DNA of 63,898 nt, the filler included, from Octopus bimaculoides (Eukaryota): NCBI RefSeq assembly GCF_001194135.2. It is 4 parts of 4 records of this genome, joined end to end, with 100 filler letters (N's around TTAATTAATTAA, not from the genome) between each part and the next. Parts side by side here need not be neighbours in the genome. Positions count along the whole stretch, not along the records: positions 49,809 to 61,050 come from NC_069005.1; positions 61,151 to 63,898 come from NC_068992.1; 2 more parts are not named here. One strand, 5' to 3'. The notes beneath the pieces are model-generated. The model did not search any database. It saw only the letters and a list, made by a program, of their open reading frames with translations, and was not told where the DNA came from. Positions 52,487 through 63,898 of this stretch are shown here, piece by piece. The position numbers were made by a program, and so were the translations under genes. Position 1 is the stretch's first letter; each line of letters starts with the position of its first letter.

Positions 52487-52979
52487 GTCTGTCAGNNNNN
52501 NNNNNTATCAGTCTATCTATTTGTCTATCTATCTATCTATCTGTCTGTCTATCTATCTGTCTATCTATCAGTCTATCTATTTGTCTATCTATCTATCTAT
52601 CTATCTGTCTATCTATATATATATTGTGAGAGAGATGTTTAATAAGTAAGATAAAAAGTGCTTAATACATGACATAAAATATATTAACTATGTTTATTCA
52701 TCATCAGCAAAATAAATATAAGCACATGTGTGTGTGTATTAACCCATCTTATTTTCGTAATATCTCTTAATCAACATACATTAATTGGAATTCAGGAAAT
52801 TCATTATCAGTGTCTTTATCTGCTGCACTACTTCCACTTCCCCTCCCCAATATCTTCATCTCCAGAATTCCATTGTCTTCTGAGAGAAGTTATATCATTT
52901 GAAATTATAAATGTAATGAGTGAATGTCAAAATGACACCAGGTGTCAGTTTGGTCGTTCTACTTCCCATTGGTCTAATA

Positions 52980-55296
52980 TAGAGGTGGGCAATTCACGAC
53001 CCACCACAGTTTTCAGCAGCCTGTGGAAGCATTCATCAAAAAAAAATTCAAAGTCTAAGATTTTCGTAAACTGACCACAGTAAACTGCTAGTGCCAAGGC
53101 TAACTTGAACCAAGACTTGCTTCCTTTGTGTTACAAAAAATTAGCCCCGTGTTTTAATAGGCAGATATCTACTGCACATGTGCAGTCACTTCATATACAA
53201 CTTTTTGCAACAATAATATCTGTAACATGCCAACCTGAGAAAACATGGGCCCTCCTAAAAAGAGCAAAATTGAAAAAAAAATGCCATGCCTTCAACGAAG
53301 ACTGGACACACAAATATTTGTTCAGTAATTCAGGGAATAAGGCAGTGTGTTTGTTTACTGTGTCATGAGATTGTTGCTGTATTCAAGGAATACAATTTGA
53401 AACGACACCACCAAGCAAAACATGGCGAATTTGGTAGCGAAATGTCTGAGGAAGAACGTAGGAAAAAAGCTGCAAAGTGTGTTACAAAGCTAAAGAAGCA
53501 ACAGACCATATTTATGAAGCAATTGACACTTCGGGATAGTGCTACAGAGGCAAGCTTCATGGTGGCATACAACCTCACTAAAAACAACAAGCCATTTTCT
53601 GATGGTGAGTTTGTTAAGCAGTGCTTGGTAGATTGTGCAAGCGTCCTAAGCCCTGACACAAGAAGCAAATTCAAAACCATTTCATTATCAAGATGGATTA
53701 TGGTGTGGCGCATAGACTTAATTAGTGATGAACTAACAGAACAGCTGAACACTGTGAGTAGAAATTTTGTTTGGTTTCCTTTGGAACTGGATGAGAGCAC
53801 TGATAACCAAGACACTGTACAGTTACTTATCTTTGTCTGTGGAATTGATGAAAATTTTGTCATCACAGAGGAACTACATGGTTTGGAATCAATGAAAAAT
53901 ACAACCACAGGTTAGGACTTGTTTAAATGTGTTGTGGATTGTGTGGAGAAAAGTACCTTGTCATGGAATAGAATGGCAAGCATTACAACAGTTGGGGCCA
54001 GAAGATTTACTGGAAGAAATGTGGGTATGATTAAACTTTTAGAGAACAAGTTAAAAGCAGAACACCAAGACAGTGATATCTTGTCTTTTCATTGCATTTT
54101 GCATCAGGAAAGGGTCTGTAAAGCTGCACTGGACCTAAAGCATGTGGTGGATCCTGTAGTAAGCATGGTGAACACAGTCAGAGCAAGGGCGCTCTACCAT
54201 CGGCAATTTAAATCCCTGCTTGAGAATGTGGAGGCAGAGTATGGAGATGTGATTTACCACAACAGCATTCAGTGGTTGAGCCTGGGCAAAATATTAAAAT
54301 GGGTTTGGGAATTAAAGAATAAAGTGTTCCTCTTTCTAGACATAAAGAGGCTTTCATGTGATTTTGTGATCAAAATGGGATATGAGGAGTGGAGATATGA
54401 GATGATGTTTGCAGCTGATATGCTTGAGAAATTGTAAGAATTGAATGTGACATTGCAGGGAAAGGGGTTGTTTGTACATGAAATGTTTAGGTATGTGAGA
54501 TCATTCAAAACAAAACTAGGTCTGCTTGCAAGGCAAGCAGGTGAGGACAAGTTTTGTTATTTCCCTTTATTAAGAAAACAGAAAGTGCCTGCAAGTGTTT
54601 CCTCCAAGATTAGGGATCATTTACTGAGTTTGAAGGATGAGGTCACAAGAAAATTTCAGGATTTCAAGAAAATTGAGCCTGATTTAAATTTGTTATCTTA
54701 TCCTTTCACTGCTGATATTGATACAGCACCTGAGGATGTGCAGCTTGAATTAATTGACATGCAGTCAGATCACACACTGAAAGAAATGTTTAATTCTGTG
54801 ACATTGATAGAATTTAACAGATCTCTATCTACTGACAAATTTTCATGTGTGAAGAAATTTGCTGGGAAAATGTTTTCTATTTTTGGATCCATATGTATTT
54901 GTGAGCAAAGATTTTTCTTGCATGAAAATCAATAAAGATTAAAAATAGATCCTCTGTGATTGACATAAAGTTGCAGACAGTGATGAGGATCTCAACAAGC
55001 AACCTCACTCCTGATTTCAAAACAATTGTAAATAAGTGTGACAGGTTACATTTGTCTCATTAAATTACTTGTGCTGGCTGATGTGTAATTTGCACATAAA
55101 TAAACTTAATGAAACCTTTTCTGTGTACCACTATTGTTTTAGTTTTATCTATTAATTATTATGATGTAATTTACACTTTGCATTAAATGAAATGTAATGT
55201 TAACTAATGAATACGACCAGCTATAGATGATGTGGCCCTCCACTAACCATGGCTGTATCAAAGTGGTCCCTGAGCCAAAGCAGTTGCCCACCTCTG
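52980..55296 (+). mobile_element. Full-length (2317 bp) hAT DNA transposon of the Charlie/SPIN (GTF2IRD2-like) type
   Basis: TIRs TAGAGGTGGGCAA (52980) and TTGCCCACCTCTG (ending 55296); 8-bp TSD GTCTAATA at 52972-52979 and 55297-55304; transposase remnants lie between them. Confidence 0.96.
53245..55063 (+). pseudogene. Disrupted hAT transposase
   Basis: MGPPKKSKIEKK/CHAFNEDW...CLLCHE...KEYNLKRHH, LDESTD, HCILHQE, CEQ.FS.MK..K and LTPDF. Frameshifts near 53280, 53355 and 54910; stops at 53913-53915 and 54435-54437. Confidence 0.93.
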
Positions 55297-55389
55297 GTCT
55301 AATATAAATTTTAAATGTTTCCTTGGTTCAGTTAAAGATTTGATAGCAATCTGGTTTTTCTCACATATTGTTTACAGTGGTTATTTATT

Positions 55390-55612
55390 GTGATTGTAAG
55401 GCAGCAAACTGTCCAGAATCATTAGCATGCCAAGCAATAGGCTGAGTAGCATTTCATCTCTCGTTATGTTCTGAGTTCAAATTCCACTGAAGTTGATTTT
55501 ACATTTCGTCCTTTCAGGGTCGATAAAATAAGTACCAGTTGAGTACTGTGGTCAGTCTAATCACTTACCCCCTCCCCCAAAATTGCTGCCCTTGTATCAG
55601 AATTTGAAACCA
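55390..55612 (+). mobile_element. Family A SINE with CpG sites decayed to TpG/CpA; further decayed copies at about 56490-56600 and 56680-56860
   Basis: aaggcagcaaactgtccagaatcattagcatgccaagc...ttccactgaagttgatttt compared with the consensus aaggcggcgagctggcagaatcgttagcacgccgggc...ttccgccgaggtcgacttt. Confidence 0.85.
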
Positions 55613-55786
55613 ATAAATTGTGTTTGTGGTATTATCCTAGCTTATGATCATCCTGCCTTTTATCCAAACATCATGTATCTGTAACTACATTATCTAATAA
55701 ACATCCATTGATTTTTAAAGACACTGTGGAGCAATTTAAGGGAGATTTGGTTGAGATTTCTAGCAGGCCATGTAATCATATAGAAC

Positions 55787-56345
55787 AGTGCTTCTCAACC
55801 ATTTTTTTCATCTGTGGACCCCTTTGTTTACTATTTTATTCTAGTGGACCTCTGTAACCATTCGATATTTATAAACTAGTTTTATAGATACTTCTTTCAA
55901 AATTCTTGTTTTGCTTTTGACACATGAACTTGCATAGGCTGAACTGTGCAAAATGTTTGAGAAAGAAATTTAGCTGTTTCTTGCAATAAATACATCTAAA
56001 TCAAACCATTCTGATGGACCCTAAACCCTTTAGCATTCAAATTATTCTGCCAAATCTAATGCTTATTTATTCACAATGTTTTCAATTAATCTTGCATTAT
56101 TGTGTAGTTTCGAGATTTTCATGATGTGATTGCTTATTTTTAGAAGGACATTGCTGGGTAGATGTGAGAGGCCAGATCTGGCTGGTTTGAACATAAAAGA
56201 GGCAGAATATTTGGGCTGGAACTGGCCAGTTTGAATGCTACAGGACTAAAATACTGTGGATCCCCAATTTACTTTTTTTGCATATGTGAACCCACCAAAA
56301 TCTTAGATGGACTCCTAGGAGTCATATGAATCCCATATGATGTAG
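55787..56345 (+). mobile_element. hAT-type MITE (left TIR CAGTGCTTCTCAACC) with a nested piggyBac-like MITE at about 56026-56245
   Basis: The left TIR is clear and the right end is degenerate. The nested element is bounded by ccctttagcattcaaa and tttgaatgctacagg, with taaa on both sides. Confidence 0.55.
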
Positions 56346-57150
56346 AATATCCTTTTCTGACTTGTGAACTGCAATGTGGTGTTGTATAATGCAGTGTGAT
56401 GAAGTGTTCTGTATATAACATAAATATGGTGTTTGGTGTATGTTTAATGCACCTTATATTACTTGATGCATATTAAATTATTGCACCTTGTGGTATCTTC
56501 TTGTCGCTCTTTACATGCTGAGTTCAAATTCTACCAAGGTCAACTTTGATTTTATTTAATTCTTCTGGGAGTGATAAAATAAAGTACCACAGGATGGTGG
56601 ATTAGAAGAATTGTTAACACTTTGGACAAAGTTCTCTGTATTATTTATTGTTTACTTTAATTTGGTGAACTGAAGATGGCAAGCTGGAAAAACTGTTAGC
56701 ATATGAAACAAAATGCTTAGTCATGCTTCTCCTTGCTCTTTACACTCTGAGTTAAAAATCCTGCTGACCTCAGGTTGATAGAATAAAGTACCAGCCAAGT
56801 AAGAGAGTCAATGTAATCGACTAAGCCCATCTGCTAAAATTCCTGGCCTTGTGCCAAATTTTGTTACAGTTTGTTTCTGATTCTTTACATCCTGAGTGCT
56901 TGAGTAGTTGTGGTGAATGTGTCTGATTTGTTTCTAGCTGATGAAACGATTGGTGTAGCTTTGCATTTTTGTTTACATGACACCTTCTTGAAAGAAGGTA
57001 CTGGGAAACAGCTGTAGTATTCTCTCACAAAAATTCCTTGACATGCATGAAGCATTTGTCAAAGAAAAAGTCACCAGGAGAGTTGGTCATCAGTCTGATG
57101 GTGCAAGGAAGGTAAAAGATAGTGAGATGATGCTTTCTATCAGAGATCAT

Positions 57151-57187
<37 letters not shown>

Positions 57188-57195
57188 CGCACGCG

Positions 57196-57244
<49 letters not shown>

Positions 57245-58779
57245 AATATTCAATTGAGAAATAAGATCTTAATGTTATATAAGACTTGGACATAATTCCT
57301 TTTTCTCACATAGACAGGGCCTTTATGTGAGGAGATGCAAGTGGTGCATTATTCCTAGGCCCTGGATAATATACCTCTCAAAGGTCCTTACTAACAAGAG
57401 AGTGAAAGAGAGAGAGGGAGAGGTGTGGGGGGAGAGAGAGAAGCCTTCAGGTTTGGAGTATTTAGTGAATTGAGAATTAAGACCTTACTGTTATTTCTTA
57501 GTGGATCACTGACCCAGTTTCTAGACAACTACAACAAAAAGCAAGCTTTTTCTTTTTTCTTGTTCAATAAAAGATCTGTATATGTGTTTCTCAAGAGAAA
57601 TTACTTTGCTGTGTTTCATCAGATTACAAAGCTTATAATAAAAACACGCTTGAATTATATTTAACAATTCATAAATATTTGTTGTTGTTGCTCTATTCAG
57701 ATTTCTGTGATATCTGAAATCTAAAACATGAGGGTGACCTTGTTCACCTGTGTCTGTTGGCAAGGTGAAGTGAGGTCATGAATGTTGTTTGAGTTCCAGA
57801 TTAATTCAAATTAACAGGCTTGTAATCAAAGACATTCCATGTGTAATTGATACTGTCTTTGCAGTATCCACGACTATGTTTTTTTCTTTCTTTCTCTTTT
57901 AAAGATGCTAGTGTATGATTTGAAGGAGATTTGGTTACTATTTCTCTGTTGAAGTTGTCTCTTCAACTCACAGTTGAGTGTGGTGGTATTTTTTAGGTGT
58001 GATTATAAAAAAGGTGGTGGTGGGAGAGGTGTGTAAGTGAAATAATTTTCTCTTGGTTGGGTTTTGAAATCTTAATTTTTGGTGGGGAAAACAAAGATTA
58101 AAGATTTTGATCTAGATTCTGATATAATATGACAAGGACTACATCATCTAATGTGTCCTGTCTTATATTCAGGCATTGTGTATCGAAGTCAAATTGTTTT
58201 GTCTTTATTCTGACAGTGTATCTAGAAGTACATTATCTCATGTTCTATCATTAATTCATTACCTTTCACATCATGTGATGTCAAGACAAAGGTACACTCA
58301 AACATGCACATGTGCACACATATGCTCACACACACACACACCATCATCATCATCATCATCATTATCATCATCATCAATTACTATCTATTTTCCATGTTGA
58401 CATGGGTTGGCTGGTTGGACAGGAACTGGTAAGCCAGAGGACTGCACCAAGATCTGTTGTCTGCTTTGACATGGTTTCTACAGCAGGATGCCCTTTCTAA
58501 TGCCAGTCACTTAACACAGTCATTCTTCATTCACCATCAATGTATATCTGAGATGCAACTGCTACCAACATCATCTGGCTAAGCCTATGAGTGAAATATC
58601 ACTAATGTAACTTGGAATCCTGTTATGTCACCTGATGAGGCATTTCTGCACTGTAGGGTGCATTGGAATTCATCATATTGTTCCCCACCCACTAGGAAGC
58701 TGTGCAAATTATGCCGAAATGATTGTTGTGATAAATAAAGTTCCCAACATGCTCTGTCTTCTGTATCCATTATTTAGAA

Positions 58780-58852
<73 letters not shown>

Positions 58853-60414
58853 TTGTATGTGTATTTGTGGGTGGGTGGGTTTTCAAGTGTGTTTTTGTTT
58901 CCTTGACAGCACTCAGTGGTTGCTTAAGACTGTCACTTTTGTACAAGCAGTGCCATTCGTTGTCAATTTTCAGTGAAAACATGTCCAACAAAGAGAAATA
59001 TTACCTTGTTTGGAGACATAAAAGGCATCTGGCCTTAGAAAATCTGCCTCAACAAGATCCATTTGACTCATGCAAGCAAGGAAACATAGGCAGTAGAAGG
59101 GTAAAGGGTAAAGACCCCCTTCGGTCATGAATGACCATGGGATTGCACCTAGAAAGTTCCCCTCTGAGGCACAAGTCCAGACAAGGTTGTTTACCATGGA
59201 TACCAGCCTCCCCTCTTCATGGAAAGGCAAAGGCCAACATAGCTTGGCACCAGTGACATCACAACTCATTTCTACAACTGAGTGAACTGGAGCAATGTGA
59301 AATAAAGTGTCTTGCTCAAGAACACAATGCACAGCCCAGTTTGGGAATTGAACTCAATACCCCATGTCTGTGACTCTAACGCTCTAACCACTGAGCCATG
59401 GTGTGCCTTGGAGGGGAACTTTCTAGGTTGCAATCCTATANNNNNNNNNNNNNNNNNNNNNNNNNNNNNNNNNNNNNNNNNNNNNNNNNNNNNNNNNNNN
59501 NNNNNNNNNNNNNNNNNNNNNNNNNNNNNNNNNNNNNNNNNNNNNNNNNNNNNNNNNNNNNNNNNNNNNNNNNNNNNNNNNNNNNNNNNNNNNNNNNNNN
59601 NNNNNNNNNNNNNNNNNNNNNNNNNNNNNNNNNNNNNNNNNNNNNNNNNNNNNNNNNNNNNNNNNNNNNNNNNNNNNNNNNNNNNNNNNNNNNNNNNNNN
59701 NNNNNNNNNNNNNNNNNNNNNNNNNNNNNNNNNNNNNNNNNNNNNNNNNNNNNNNNNNNNNNNNNNNNNNNNNNNNNNNNNNNNNNNNNNNNNNNNNNNN
59801 NNNNNNNNNNNNNNNNNNNNNNNNNNNNNNNNNNNNNNNNNNNNNNNNNNNNNNNNNNNNNNNNNNNNNNNNNNNNNNNNNNNNNNNNNNNNNNATATAT
59901 ATATATATATACATATATATGAGTTGAATAAAGTTAAAATATGGTCTGGTTTTCATGTTTTTTATTACTGTATTTAAAATATCTTTTTACACTGTTGAAG
60001 TGTGTTAAACATTAAAAAAAATATTTTGTAATGTTCATAATGTTCAATTAGCACTTTCATATGTTAGTAGTAATTATCAAATTTCAAAATGTATTTAACT
60101 GACAGTTGAGTTCTTGACAAGTGTAATAAAATGACTGCTTCCTTTTTATACCTCTTAGAAGACTCCAACAAGCTGAATTTTTGGAATACAATTTTGACCA
60201 ATCCTCATGCAGCTTGAATATCATGGTTTGCTGGGTGTACCAATATTACTGACATAGACTCTGCCTTTATTTTAACCAATTAGTTTGCTGTTTACATGTA
60301 ATGGTTGTATGAGTGAGAAAACTTATTTAGTTTCGATTGTTTTTATTTCAAATGGGGGAGTCTTCTATAATTTGTTTATATTCCTATTTTAAAGATATTT
60401 TTTAATCCATATCA

Positions 60415-60860
60415 TTAACTTGTTGTTATATTACTGTTGTTATTTCTGTTCAGAATAAAATGTGCTTTTATCTTTCTTCCCACTTTACTTCTGTCATGTA
60501 GTTTGTGGAAAGGAAAAATTAGAAACATTTTCTGACCACATGTTTCTATATGTTCACTCAATAGAATCTGGTGAGCCTGTCTGTGGCCTTGTGAATGTTC
60601 TGGTAATGCATTCCCTGTCTTGCCAATATATAGTTCCTTACAATTAGGGCAGTTAATGCAAGAGATCAGATTTCTGCTTTTGCAGTTCATATCTGCATTT
60701 GCAAAAATCTGTCCATTTTTTTTTTTTTTCCAATGGATCTACCAGTAGGCATATATTGACACATTCCGCATCTGTTATTGTTACACTTGGATATTGTGAA
60801 AGTTTTATCCTATTTGTTCATATTGAATGTTTAGGCCTTTGTTAATGGTTTCTTTAGGTT
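60415..60860 (-). mobile_element. Penelope-like GIY-YIG endonuclease fragment (a different lineage from 23.5-24.5 kb)
   Basis: ORF 60415..60690 'MNCKSRNLISCINCPNCKELYIGKTG...SEHIETCG...IFPF', with 'RCGMC' upstream. Confidence 0.8.
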
Positions 60861-61150
60861 ATATCATCTTCATCGTCATTGTTTAACGTCCGCTTTCCAT
60901 GCTGGCAGGCTCCAATCTGATCTGGCAAAGTTTCTACAGCTAGATGCCCTTCCTAACACCAACCACTCCGAGAGTGTAGTGGGTGCTTTTATGTGCTACC
61001 GGCACGAGGGCCAGTCAGGCGGTTCTGGCAACAACCATATATATATATATNNNNNNNNNNNNNNNNNNNNNNNNNNNNNNNNNNNNNNNNNNNNTTAATT
61101 AATTAANNNNNNNNNNNNNNNNNNNNNNNNNNNNNNNNNNNNNNNNNNNN

Positions 61151-61226
<76 letters not shown>

Positions 61227-61299
61227 TTATGTAGGTATGTTAGGTGCAAACAGGAAACATAGAACAAGAAATATGATTATATGTATATTTTACTCTGTG

Positions 61300-62490
61300 G
61301 GTCCTTGAGTCGCCCTGTTACTTCTGCTAAGTATTAATAAAAATATACAAGGCAGTTTCTTGAGCAACAGTCTTTGTCTGATAACCCAGAATACATACCC
61401 AAACTAGTCCCACGACTCTACCGCAACTTATCATCAGATGAAGGTATGAGCCTACATGAGTAGAGGACTATGCATGGATCATAGTAGAAAACTATGGTAG
61501 AAAACTCCGTGATGATAGTAACATCGATCATCAAAGCAGTTTATCATGGACCAATAACCGGATTACTACCTCCCACTTTGAAGAGCATGCGTTTGCAATC
61601 CAGGAACAGGAAATATCAAGGAAGTACCTGATGTGTAAAAGGGATAGAGGTGCAGGTAAAGCCGTAAAATGCGACAACCGATGAAGACTTTGTGGAGTTC
61701 ACATTGAAAATATCACACACATCTTAAGCAATTGTCCAAAAATGACATCACGGTATTATCTACCGAAGAGACATGGTGTTGTGGCTAGGTCACTCTCTAA
61801 TGATATCCGTCGAAAGGATAATCCCGAGAACAAAGAAGAATCAACAATATGGTAGAAGCCAGAGCCATTCATAATAAAAAGGTAGGTGGAATGTCTCAGG
61901 GAAGACCTCAATAAAATGTAGGCACAATAGACCTGATATCATGATTTGGGATAGAGAAGAGAAAACGTGCACTGTTGTAGAAATTAGTTGCCCAGCGGAT
62001 GTTAACGTAAAGCTGAAGATCACTGAAAAAGAGAACACCTATTCTGAACTGTTGAGAAATCTGCAATTACTCTATCCAGATTGCAAGTTCAGGTTTATAC
62101 CTGAAATTATTGGGGCCCTGGGATATGTATCACACTGCCTAAATACCAATATTAAGAAATTAGGCTTCTCAAAACCAGAAAGGAGAAAGCTAGTTCGAAG
62201 ACTACAGATACAATCCATCACTGGAACTGTAAAATTTTAAAAACTAACCAGACGTTTATCATTTATGTATATATGAGCATGTCTAGATATGCAACTATAT
62301 GCATGAGAAAACATACATAAAGCAAAAATACAAATCTGCACATATACATACATACATACATACATACATACAAAACAAAACAAAAGTACCCTGTTGTTGA
62401 TGTTGAAATTCTAATGAAGGAGTCATGGATCTAGGTTAGAAACCGGTTCTTTCTCTATTGGCAAGAAATCTTGAAATAAACTGAATAACG

Positions 62491-62492
<2 letters not shown>
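61300..62492 (+). mobile_element. R4-like non-LTR retrotransposon 3' part (CCHC knuckle, RLE endonuclease, 3' UTR)
   Basis: 'AFAIQEQEISRKYL', 'RLCGVHIENITHILSNCPKM...RHGVVA' and 'PDIMIWDREEKTCTVVEISCPADVNV'; contains stops and frameshifts. Confidence 0.88.
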
Positions 62493-62531
<39 letters not shown>

Positions 62532-62683
62532 TATATATGTACATATAAAATATCTGTCCGTCTGACTTCATATGTATGCATGTATCTATGTATTTGCACA
62601 TGTCTGTATGAGTGACACACACACACACACGCACACTCACACAAACACATACATATATATACCTATATATATATGTATATGTA

Positions 62684-62767
<84 letters not shown>

Positions 62768-63094
62768 ATGTGCGTATGTATATACATAAAGAGTGAGAGT
62801 TATATTAATTTGAATATATTATTTGTGACATGGCGATGAAATATCTTTAGGAAGTCTGTTTTGACCATCAGATGTGTTTCTGACATGTGTTTTCAGTATT
62901 TATTGAATCTGGTTGATTGGAATGTGTGTGCTGAATTTCTCAAAGAAAGAAAGAAAAAAAAGCCACCCCATCAAAAAACAAAACAAAACAAAAAACAAAA
63001 ACAAAATTAACAACGAAAAAATAACTTTACAGGAAAAAAAGGTATTAGTCGTATGTTAGCGATAAAGCATTGACGTGGTTAGTAAGTCACTCAC

Positions 63095-63365
<271 letters not shown>

Positions 63366-63584
63366 CAATCATCATCATCATCACATCACCACTACCACCA
63401 CCACCGCCGCCGCCGCCACCGTGATCATCATGATCACCATGATCGTGATCATCATCATTATCATCATCATCATCACGACCAACAACACCGACATCAAAAC
63501 CATTCATCAATATCGTCTGTCTTTCGATATCGTCATCATTCATTTTAGTCAAAATCGGCCATTTCAGTTATTTGTCATCCACCA

Positions 63585-63611
63585 TTCATCATTCATCATC
63601 ATTCATCATCG

Positions 63612-63690
<79 letters not shown>

Positions 63691-63766
63691 CGTCGTCATC
63701 GTCATCATCATCATCATCGTCATCATCGTCGTCATCATCATCATCATCATCATCATCATCGTCGTC

Positions 63767-63798
<32 letters not shown>

Positions 63799-63860
63799 CG
63801 TCGTCATCGTCATCGTCATCATCATCATCGTCATCATCATCATCGTCATCATCATCATCG

Positions 63861-63892
<32 letters not shown>

Positions 63893-63898
63893 GTCGTC
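63585..63898. repeat. Long (ATC)/(GTC) trinucleotide tract running to the window end
   Basis: Read directly from the sequence. Dozens of other (CA)n, (TA)n, (GA)n, (TACA)n, (TAG)n and (AAC)n tracts occur throughout the window. Confidence 0.97.

Noticed and set aside
56940-60240. Plus-strand exon-like segments (56939-56998, about 57701-57764, 60159 onward) as a second gene in the CpG-poor block
   Set aside because: The splice signals are plausible, but the peptides are short, unrecognisable and cannot be chained with confidence.

Overview
AT-rich, microsatellite-laden eukaryotic genomic DNA from a gapped draft assembly. The SINE, LINE and microsatellite content resembles a coleoid cephalopod, probably Octopus (inference). 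One protein-coding gene is well supported: a minus-strand Cys-loop (pentameric ligand-gated) channel subunit of the GlyR/GluCl/HisCl anion-channel branch. I spliced six exons by hand (8189-8122, 6984-6758, 5579-5497, 3460-3329, 2002-1611, 646-479). All have AG/GT boundaries and compatible phases, and together they give about 355 aa from beta1 to the stop. The signal-peptide and 'YD..RP' exons were not found; a weak candidate first exon lies at 27748-27837. The canonical amino-acid-agonist residues are replaced (GlyR numbering R65T, F63I, S129R, E157K), so this looks like an orphan chloride channel. The rest of the window is tRNA-derived SINEs (several families, dimers and tandem arrays), fragments of RTE, R4-like, CR1/L2-like and Penelope-like retroelements, mariner and Tigger fragments, one full-length decayed hAT with TIRs and an 8-bp TSD, long fold-back sequences and simple repeats. 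The block between two linker gaps (about 49.8-61.0 kb) is visibly CpG-decayed compared with the rest. All homology calls come from motif recognition by eye; no database search was run.
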